Shown in pieces: positions 1 to 9,548 of a DNA stretch of 45,981 bases; positions within the stretch are counted from its first letter, which is position 1, and each line of letters opens with the position of its first letter. This DNA comes from Perkinsus olseni (taxonomy: Eukaryota): assembly GCA_013115125.1 (NCBI GenBank), contig JABANN010000042.1:62001-107981 (forward strand), given 5' to 3'. Both the position numbers and the translations under genes were made by a program. The notes under the pieces are model-generated. The model was not told where the DNA came from. It ran no database searches and saw nothing but the letters and a program-made list of their open reading frames with translations.

Positions 1-681
1 GAGGCAAACCTAACGCTATTCACCTCCAGGGGCGCTGCATAGTCTTTACCACCAAAGTGAAGCTCCCATTCCGACAGGTGCTCCACCGCAGCGTCTCTGA
101 GACTGCGACCATAGGCTGACTGCTTCCGTTCTCCGATGAGGCCCCATGACTTGGCCTGAAAGAATCGGAGGTGGCCGCCTCTCCCTGATGAACTCTAATC
201 GCCGAACAAGAAATCCCCTTTAAGCTAGCCTTTAAGCCCTTTGTCCAGCACAACGATGCTACTCTCAAGAAGCTTTGGGATAAGCCTGATGGGGTCAACA
301 GGAAAGCGAGGAGGAGCTTACGGCTCTTTGAAGAACATGGGCCTCGCCCAGGAACCACTTCCGTGCTGCAACGCTCGACTTCACGAGTTTCCCAATGACG
401 TTGTCAAGTAGCCGTTGCCGTACTCGAAGGTTAGGATGGCCAAGGAGCTCCTTCATTATCACTTCCCCAGCAGCGACGATTGCTGCGGCACTGTGTGCCT
501 GCGACCACTACGAGGGATCCCTCCATGAAGAGAGTTGCGGTATACCTCCCACCTTGCATGTGGTCTTGACGATGTCCCATGCAGGAGGTCTCTTTTCTGC
601 CTGACCGTCAGGCGTCAGCGCCAGAGTTCTGATCGCTTCTTGAAGACTCTTCCGCTCTACCGTGCCCAACGGTGACGGCAT
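1..681 (-). CDS. Hypothetical protein running off the left edge; N-terminus resembles the VHS-like domain of UVSSA
   Basis: ATG at 681. Spliced by eye: MPSPLGTVERKSLQEAIRTLALTPDGQAEKRPPAWDIVKTTCK|WSQAHSAAAIVAAGEVIMKELLGHPNLRVRQRLLDNVIGKLVKSSVAARKWF. The pattern (xKxxCK, HxxxRxxxL, LxxxSxxxR) recalls the UVSSA N-terminus from memory only. Confidence 0.4.
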
Positions 682-1130
682 CAAGCAGTACGGGTTGCGT
701 TCAACGGTCCCTCTGAGAGGGTGGGAGATTCACGATGCTGGTTGCTCGATCCACGCTCTTGACGGTGTGCTGTCCCAGGGGCCCACTGCATAAACTCAAC
801 CAATATTCTCTCGACTTTCAACGGCGACATTTACACACTAATAGCAATTATAATAAATAATCCGTAAAAATAGTAACTCTATCAATGATCGACCTTCAAG
901 ATATGGTGCTCAGAGTGAACCCCACTGCGGGACTGCTCATCACCGTCGTGCCCACCTTAATGGTCACCAAAAGGAGGGAGACTTCTCCCGACTGCAATCA
1001 AGATAGATCGTAATCTACAAAAACTACGGACGCTACCGGTCAAGATGTGCAACAGCAGCAATAACAAGAGTAGCGGGAATAAGAATAAGACTTGCAGAAA
1101 AAATGAAGTCAGAAGGGTTGACGAAGTACT

Positions 1131-2327
1131 TCACTCTCTTGTTAGAACGGCCGCTGAATCCGCCATCATACGGAGCTCTCGGAGGACCTCTTCAGGCAGC
1201 ACCACTTCACCAGAGGCGAGGAGCTGCCGCAACTCGGCCACGCTAGAGGGCAGTTGATCTCGGCTGGCGGTACCACCACCCTCAGCAGCCTCCACTAGGC
1301 GGACTGTCGGCGGTGTGTTGGGTCGAGCACGTTGCTGCGATACTGCAGTGATGTGCCTGCCCAAGGCTTGACTAGGGGACTCGTTAGGGCCTAGGGAATA
1401 GCCGTCTACCAACAGAAGGAGCTTCTTCACACTAAGCGTCTTCACGGCCATACTCCACAGTGGCTCATCCTGCAAGCCCTCCGCCAGGGCAAATCGACTC
1501 ACACGATTGCTGATCAATCGGTGGACGAATCGGTGGAGTTTGGCAAGCTTCTCTCGAGGGCTCGACGGCGACTCCAAGTTAACCCGTTCGAGCACGAATC
1601 CCAAGGCTCGGTTATGCCAAAGTTGAGCTAACAGCTTCTCGACCTGTGCCTTCACTGACTCCAACGACCAGTAGCAGACGAAGGCGTCTACTTTCCGCGA
1701 CATATAGATGTCGACTGTCCGCACCAGTAGAGCGTAACGAGAGATGCCCTCGTGATCAGGCAACACCTCCGGGTTGAACGCCGCCAAGATGACTTGCAGA
1801 TCGCTCAGGGTCAGCGTCCGCAGCAGCCTGCTCGCCGGGACCCGGTCAGCCTCATCGAACTGCCAGTTGCAAATGAAGGTCGTAATCCTGTGCTCCATAC
1901 GTCGCTTGATGAGGGCTTCCAAGGCACGGTACTTCCCTCGCTGGTCAATCTTATCAGGGTTATCGACAGCAAAGCGCTCCATCACCAAGCCACGGTCCTT
2001 GTAGTTGAGGCGGCTGAGGACGTCCTTGGTGAGGGGCTGAGGTAACCCCCAAAGGTCGATGAAGGCCTGGGTCTTCTGCTCAAAGTAGACCTGTACGAAC
2101 CTCCGCAGGAGGGCCTCCTTGTCAGCACCGTTGGCTAGGGAGGGCTCGAAGGCGGCAACTATCACATTCATATCGTGTGAAGTCAAGTCGAGCAGGACCG
2201 CAGTGGCAGCTTGGTGGTCCAAGCGATGCTTGGCGACGAAGGATGCGATGAGAAGATCTCTCTCGGACATCTTGGTGAGGTTGAAGTTGCTACTCTTCAC
2301 GCCGGGAGGTGATACGGAAGCCGCCAT
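1131..2327 (-). CDS. Intronless ~398-aa protein with five ~60-aa helical repeats (hnRNP Q/R acidic-domain-like)
   Basis: Long ORF, first ATG at 2327. Repeated F-x3-(W/H)-x-L...L-x2-L...V-x3-F pattern seen five times. Confidence 0.75.
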   Translation of the reverse strand: MAASVSPPGVKSSNFNLTKMSERDLLIASFVAKHRLDHQAATAVLLDLTSHDMNVIVAAFEPSLANGADKEALLRRFVQVYFEQKTQAFIDLWGLPQPLTKDVLSRLNYKDRGLVMERFAVDNPDKIDQRGKYRALEALIKRRMEHRITTFICNWQFDEADRVPASRLLRTLTLSDLQVILAAFNPEVLPDHEGISRYALLVRTVDIYMSRKVDAFVCYWSLESVKAQVEKLLAQLWHNRALGFVLERVNLESPSSPREKLAKLHRFVHRLISNRVSRFALAEGLQDEPLWSMAVKTLSVKKLLLLVDGYSLGPNESPSQALGRHITAVSQQRARPNTPPTVRLVEAAEGGGTASRDQLPSSVAELRQLLASGEVVLPEEVLRELRMMADSAAVLTRE

Positions 2328-2410
2328 GAAGCGAAACAACAACAACAAACACTGACGAGCAGATCATAAGTGACTGGCAGCACTGCAGAACGCAATAGCC
2401 ACTGATGACG

Positions 2411-4125
2411 TCAGAAACCAGTGGTACATCGTGTATCAGAAACACTGTTGTTGATGTTGTTGGCATGGAACCAATCAGTCTGAGCGCCTCCGAGACCGAT
2501 ATCGACGCTCAGGCCGCATGCCGAGGCCTCCACCAACACTCGAGGCTCACCTAACCTTCGGAGTACCATCGCAACCTCAGCATGTGTGTGGCTGCTGGCA
2601 GCATCATCTACAGCAAATCCCTGCATCGCTCCGCTAATAATCACGTCGATTTTACGTCGGTCCTTGATGAGCGGCGAGGGTGTACACAGGCTGCTCCAGA
2701 GAGCGGCTATGAAGAGCTGCCGGGCCGTGGCCTCCTCTTCAACACCATAGGAGCTCCACACGGTAGCCACCAAGGGTTCAAGCTCAGCTGCCTCCACTTC
2801 CCTCCTCTTAAGGGAGGCAGCCAAGGCACGCAGCAGGCCCGCTGCATGACGACCCGTCGCGTTAGTAGGTGGATAAGAGCAAGCCTTGATAGCTGCAGTC
2901 AAGAGATCATCTGGTATGGAGCATCCGAGGTCGCTCAAGGCACAAACTATGTTGGAAAGATGCCGACCAGAGCCACTTTGAACCACTGCTGGACACGCTA
3001 GGCTAGCGAATCGTAGCAAATTGTCATCAACGTGCCGCAGGGTAGCGAAGGCCCACAGAGTGTTAGCTATTGCTCGGTGAGATGAAGGCTCCGAAACCAT
3101 CCTCCCGGCCAGTGAGGACGCCGCAGCCGATAACCTCTCTAGCACTATTGCGTCCGCCTCCTGGCCCACCCCTACAGCGACACCCCAGAGTATCATAGCA
3201 AACTCCTCGGGACGGAGGCTACTCCACCTGGTTCGCTGCAGCACCCGAGCAACGATGTATCGTCGGATAGCATGGACTCCCTCTCCTGCCGCAGTCGGAG
3301 CGACCGCCGAGAGCCTGGCCAGGCCCCAGATAGTGTTGGAGTCTTCCTGGTCCTTCAAGTGGCTGCTTACAGCAGTACATGAATTGAGGAGACGAAGCAG
3401 GAAGTCACCAGAGAGAGGCACTTGTATGGTCCCCAATGACCACACAATATTAGCTATATGCCTGGATTCGAACCCGGTACCATCCCTACGAAAAAACTCC
3501 ATCATAACCTTCTTAACTAATCCGACTATCTGTTCCCGCTGACGATCCTCCGTCGCAACCGAGTAGCAAGACGCCGAACCCCACATAAAATGAGCTATAT
3601 GATGAGGGAGCATCTTAGCGTCAATGATAACCCTCCGGCCAACCCCTTCCACGACCCCCGACCAGTCGATAACGTCGTTCAGCCTGCCACAGGCCCACAA
3701 GGCGTTGCCCAGCATACCGGCCGTGGGTTGGGATTGCCGTTCATGCGGAGTCAGCAACAGGCGGGCAACACGATCAGCCACCTGCTGACGAGTCGCACAG
3801 GCCCCGGGATTTTTGTGGCGCGCGAAACGATGAAGCGCTGTGAGAGCGTTCTGGAACCCAAGTCTGTGCACAGAGTAAGAACACGAGTCCAGACACTCTA
3901 GTACCTGAATCGCCGGTGATTGCGCACAGCCAAGATTCCTAAGATTCCCCTAGATACCTGATGGTGAGACTCGCAGGCGGATAAGGAGTTGTTGAGGGCA
4001 ATCGCAGCACCCACGTCCCGAGTAGCCCGGGCCACGGTGGTGCTGAGCCATCGACTACTGACCGATGATGAGCTCGGTAGTAGGAAAGACGCCCACCGCA
4101 GTGTATGCCGTTGAGCTGCTACCAT
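2411..4125 (-). CDS. Helical-repeat RNA-binding protein (HPR/OPR/FASTK-RAP-like), probably mitochondrial
   Basis: Two exons; the GT-AG intron 3905-3957 restores the frame. Repeats GNALWACGRL, ANIVWSLGTI, SNTIWGLARL, ANTLWAFATL. C-terminal 'SSHTHAEVAMVLRRLG...GLSVDI' resembles the start of a RAP domain. The N-terminus is Arg/Ser-rich like a presequence. Confidence 0.75.
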
Positions 4126-4200
4126 TGGAGAGAGTAGCTGAGCAGTACAGGCTCATCCACATTCATACCACACCAATCACAACTCAACTGCAACACATGG

Positions 4201-5576
4201 TCAGGAGGAAGACGAAACCCGCCGTAATAGTCGCCAAGATATGATACCGGTCGCGAAGACTCCTAGGGAAATGAGAGCAACCCTCCCCACCCCGGATCTC
4301 CCATCCTCTTCGCATTCAAATGGTGCTAGGGAACGGCCCGTGACTGCAGCACCGGAGAGGTCCTCAAGATCAGGCACCCCATGGGGCTTCTTCTTAGCGA
4401 GCTGTCCACATGCTGCGTCAATATCCCGACCGTGATGGCGGCGGTGATAGACTCTAATACCGTAGACGTCCTTGAGGATGGCCACCATCCTCGTGACAGA
4501 ACTCTCGAGCGGTGGCTCGAAGTTGCTGCCGTTATCGACTACGTTGTAGGGGATAAGATTCACCACCACTTTACGGTTCCCCACGAGCTCCCCGAGCTTA
4601 TGCGCACAATCGCTGGTGTCGTTGATGTCCTTTATCACAACATACTCTATCATAACACTGCCCTTCTTCCTTCCACCACCGCCACTACCATCAGGCCTCC
4701 CAGCACAAAGATTCGCCTGAGCATACTCGTCAAGGGCCAGCATCAACTCTTGGATACTCCATGCCTTGGCCGATGGAACTATCTTCTCTCTCAGTTCTTG
4801 GGTGGGGGCGTGCAGTGACAACGCGAGCTTGACACCGGAAGCAGCATGAGCTAGGGCCCGTACCTTCGGTACCACACCAACCGTACTTACCGTGATGCAC
4901 CTTTGCGGCACGGCGAACAAGCTGTTCATTCCCTTGATAGCTGCTAGTACCGCATCATAGTTCTCTAAGGGCTCCCCCATACCCATAAAGACCACATTCC
5001 CTATAGGTTTATCCGATACTCTATTAGCATGCCAAAGCTGCTCGAGGATTTCACCCGACGACAGGTTTCCGGAGAGACCCAAGGTCCCCGTGGCGCAGAA
5101 GCGACACCCCATCCGGCACCCCACTTGAGAAGATACACAGAGAGTCCTTCGATCACCTGCCGGTATTATTACTGACTCCACCTCCTTGCCGTCCTGAGGG
5201 GATCGTTGTTGACGTGAACGACCTCCCGACTTACTACCTGTAGACGAAGGAGTATCTTAGTGGTACCATCGGATGACACTTGCTTCATCGCCACTGTGCT
5301 GGAGATCCTCACAAAGACTTTGTCGAGGAGGGCAGCGGCTCGCTTGGGCACCGTAGGCACTTGGGAAGGATCGAAGTCAACGTCAGCCACCAACGCCTTC
5401 TGTATCGTAACTGGAAGTAAGCGCTTTTGGTGAGGAGAAGGGGTAGACCTACCAGCGTGCAGTCTTGAAGAGCCAACATCCCCAAGGAAGTCTTCCAAGG
5501 CAGGAGTGTCCAGTAAAGGCTTACGGAGGCTACACAGGTCCCGATGACGACCGCTCCTAGAAGAACCCTCCGGCAT
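4201..5576 (-). CDS. rlmN: RlmN-family radical-SAM RNA methyltransferase with C-terminal hydrophobic tail
   Basis: Motifs CVSSQVGCRMGCRFCATG (CxxxCxxC), NVVFMGMGEP, SLHA, NLIPYN, DIDAACGQL. Introns 5411-5452 and 5194-5237 give ...SSDGTTKILLRLQ|DGKEVESVIIP. Confidence 0.92.
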
Positions 5577-5946
5577 GGTAGTAGGTGGCCACGGACCGCC
5601 CAAGGAATCGCATCATTCCGGGCGCGCGCGATCGTCATCAGCGCAGTTTGGAATCAGAAGCTCGACAAGGGGTGCCGGGTCACGTTAAGCCCGGCAGCGT
5701 TGTCCGGCGGAAGTTGTGGTCCATTCGGGATAGACACACGCGAGCCATGAACTAGGAAAATATCGTCGACGTTAGTAGCCTTCGTAGACACTGTAGACGA
5801 GATTGACTCATTTAGGGACAGCCCCTGCAGGTTGGGGCTTCGAGTCATTCTGAGGGCTCTCTCTGGGTTGCAGTGATACCTCTCCTCTCACGGTGGCTCT
5901 GTTCCTCCTCCCCCCTCTGAGCGAGTCCCGAGAGGCTTAGACAGTG

Positions 5947-8900
5947 ATGGGCACTCGGGACGCCTGGCAACCACCTGACGACGATCGTGCGGATTCGCCG
6001 GCCGTACGGAAGGAGCCCTCTGATGATGGCCTTGAATGGGATGGTAGTATTCAAGGTCGCAGCAGCGACAAGGGTCTTACGTACTACGTAGATACGCACT
6101 TGGAAGGCTCATCCCGAGCAAGCCAACGATCGAGGTTCGTCATTTCCCCTGAGGACACTAAGAGGATAGCCTGGGACTTCTTCCAGATGGTATTTATTCT
6201 CTACGAAGTAAGTATTAGCCTACCGCTCCTTCCCAGCATCGTGCGAGTGTCTACTGTCGAAAGAGGTCATATCGGTGGTTTCTTTCAATGCGGGAATAGG
6301 GTCTTTGGCTCATCTGCACGTGCAGTGTCCTGGAGTCTCTCCGGCACCTGGGGGGGGGGTCTTCCGCCGCTGTTCCGCTCGGTTGGGTGCTGCAATTATG
6401 AGCTGTTAACCCTCCGCCAAGGCTAGTATGCGTGAAGGATTGCTGACGATCTTGCACAATGAGTATCCAGCGAACAATCAATTTCAAATTTTTTCACCGA
6501 GTCGCCAGAGGTGGTGTTCGCAAGGCCACCGCTTTCTATGCAACGGAATCTACTACAGCGTAGTAGCGTCCGTAGTGCTTCAAAAATGTTAACAAGACCT
6601 GTAGGGGGTACAGGAGACATGACAACCGTAGAAGCCCATCAGCGGGAGATGCCCCTCAGCAGGATAGGGCGGAGTATTAACGTAGCCCTGCTCTTCTTCA
6701 CTCGGCTTAGTCCATCCTGGTACCCTATCGGCTGTGTTTCAAACAAGACGCTAGCGGCTTACTCGAAGTCCTAGAGGACGCCCTCTACATCTTCTTCCTG
6801 CTGGACATCGCCCTTAACTTCTTCACTGGAGTCTACATTTCTGGTCACCTGGTGAGGCTCTTCGCTGCTTATTCATCGAACGACATCAGCCCCTCAGGTT
6901 ATGTCTGTGAGAGGCATCGCACCGTATTACCTCCGGACGTGGTTCCCGCTAGACCTGGCCGCGTCCTTTCCCTACGAATGGGTTTTCGAGGCCTCGACAC
7001 TGGAAGGTGTACAGCTCCTTCGGATGATAAAGTTCGCCCGACTGCTGCGGGTCATACGGCTTCTACGCGTACTCAAACTCAAGAGGATAATATCGAAGGT
7101 CGGTCTACTTTTGACGGTTTTTCTATCAGTTTATTCTCGTCAGGTCGAGGAGTATATCAACTCGGAAGTCCTGTCGGTGCTGATCCAGCTTCTTCGGCTG
7201 GTCACCTTCGTCGTCTTCATCGCCCATTGGGTGGCTTGCGTGTGGTACGCCCTAGCTGACACCGATCCTACCACTAGATTCAGCTGGCTGGATCGCTTCG
7301 ACTATCGTGATGCCCCTCCTTGGGACAAGTACATAGCGGCCATGTACTGGTCGTTTGCGACCATGACCACCGTCGGGTATGGCGACATCTACCCGGTGAA
7401 CTCGGTCGAGCAGGTCTTTGGGGTGGTCACCATGCTGTTGGCCTGCGGTGTCTTTGCATTCTTTGTCGGAGCAATAGGGTCGGTAGTGAGGAAACTGGAC
7501 GCGAATGCTGCAGCGTTCCGAGCAAAGAAGAAGGCGGTGAACCAGTACTTTAGACAGAGACGACTGCCGAAGCCCTTGCAGGTCCGAGTGAGACGCTATC
7601 TAGAGTTCGTCTGGGAGTACGGTAAGGACGCGAATCTTGAGGAGGGTGAGGTTATGAGTATCCTTAGCCCACCCTTGCGTACGGAGATTATGGTTCACTT
7701 AGTAGGAGGGGTTATAAGGTCGGCGCCTTTCTTCACCAACATACCCCTGTCCATGCTCAAAAAGATATGTCAAGTTGTGACGAGGGAGACCCACGCCCCC
7801 GGTGACATCATATTTGAGGAAGGGGAGTGGGCTAGCTCGATGTACTTCGTCATAAAGGGTAAAGTGAAGCTGCTGTCGAGGTCCCACGGTGGTGCTACTA
7901 TCGGGTATCTTTCGGAGGGTGGCTACTTCGGCGAGGTCGCCCTTTTCATGGAGACCTCGCGATCGGCCTCGGCAAAGTGTCTGTCGTTCTGCGACACCAT
8001 TTGCCTTAGTCGCCAGAGCCTGCTGGACCTATTGGTTATCTATCCCAAGTTCCGGTTGAAGTACGACGCACTGTGTCGAGAGGTCCTCAGTGGGGATGTA
8101 CGGGGCCTCTGCCTTCAGTGCGTCCATTGCGGGAAGATAGGCCATCTCAGTGACATGTAATAAGGGCGGGAGGGGAAGCAGTTGGCAGACTCCTTTGCCT
8201 TGAGTACTACTGACAGGCCCGGGGATGTAGTAGTAGTAATAGGGTTACATGGACGTAGACACATGGCTGATTCTATATCTTGGTAGTCACATTATACACT
8301 GGTGTGGGTGGCCCCTTGATGGTACGTAAAAATGGATATGATGATCTCATCGTTTGCTCAGTGCTGCAATGTTGATGATGATCTGGAATTCCTTGGGATC
8401 TCCTCTTCCTAAGCGCTTTCATACTGGTTGGTCGTGCCGTGGATCGGACACGTTATCGGTCTAAACCTAGTAGGTTCCAGTCCTTGAAGGATATGATTAT
8501 CAGACCGATCTCTTGTACTCCGACAGTACCGCATTAGCATGCTGAGTTCCTGACAGTACCATCTCTTCCTATTCTTCTCATCAACTTGAATGTCAACTTC
8601 CGGAATTAGTGGATAAAGAATCATTATTGCGACGTAGTTGCCGATGAAATAGAAGATTCTATGTCGTTCAAGCTGCTGGTGGTCGTGATTGCGGCGAGAC
8701 TCTCGTTAGGCTTTTGCTGACTGTCGACACCTTGTCTCAGGTGTCAAGCTTATACTAATGTGATGAAAGCAGCTGAGGCCTTCAAACCAAGTGGTCCCTT
8801 TACCCCGGCCAAGGCACGGCCTACTGTCTTCGGTTCTGCCAATAGTGCCACTACGCTCGATAGTAAACTCAAATCCCGGATGACCAGGGTGTTGATCCGT

Positions 8901-9029
8901 GCCAAGACAGCAGGAGCGATTCCTGTCTCCCCTGTGTCGGAGGGCCGGACACCGACGAGGAGCGAGCCTGAGGAGTCGGGTGGGCTGGGCCTCGACGCGA
9001 CACCGGTGCCTGGTCAGCTGCCGACATGA
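5947..9029 (+). CDS. Cyclic-nucleotide-binding-domain K+ channel (EAG/HCN-like) with C-terminal CCHC zinc knuckle
   Basis: S4 RMIKFARLLRVIRLLRVLKL, pore TMTTVGYGD, C-linker, cNBD (GYFGEVAL, RSASA). Approximate exons 5947-6207, 6710-6851, 6898-7098, 7144-8156, 8741-9029. Confidence 0.92.
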
Positions 9030-9249
9030 CGGACCCTAGGATCGAACCTGGGACCTCGGGATGGCGAGCAATGTGTAATATTGGTAACATTACTGTGATG
9101 CCTTCGCTACACGCAATCTGGCAGCTGCTAATGTTGTGAAGCATGGATATTTGCACGCCAGTTGGTCTTGCGTTAGTCGTCGTCAGAGGGAGGGAAGGGT
9201 TACTGACGGTTGATTCTGTCATAAAAATGACGCGTACTACAGAGGGTCG

Positions 9250-9500
9250 TCGGGGTGACAACGAGGGTGCATCGTCACGAGGCTTGCACAAATCACATAC
9301 TCTAACGCGATTAGAGCAGCTTGCCAAGAAGCATCCTGACAACCCGGTCAAGTGGCTTGAAGAGCTCAGGCAAGTAGAGGATGAAGGGAAGTTGTGGTAT
9401 TGTAGTGGTAGGTGTCTACAAGGGCCAGGCAAGGAAAGGGTAGTGCTTCCTAAGAATGCAGACAGTGACCGAATAGTGACGACCTTGTTCACTCACGCTC
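9250..9500 (+). mobile_element. Possible degenerate LTR-retrotransposon (Bel/Pao-like) pol fragment
   Basis: LRQVEDEGKLWYCSGR...ERVVLPKNADSDRIVTTLFTHA resembles the pre-integrase LxPxxDxxGLLRVxGR...PIxLP...LIxxxH segment. It is intergenic and I see no LTRs. Confidence 0.3.
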
Positions 9501-9548
9501 AGCGGAGAGTGGCCGCCGCCATAGCGCATCGACACCGGTGGGAGAAGC

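Noticed and set aside
1752..3901. Several plus-strand ORFs of 76-139 aa
   Set aside because: They are antisense shadows of long minus-strand CDSs in GC-rich DNA.
8335..8560. ATGATGA boxes and CTGA in the long channel intron (box C/D snoRNA?)
   Set aside because: Spacing is long, and I could not identify a terminal stem or rRNA guide. It would need snoscan/Infernal.
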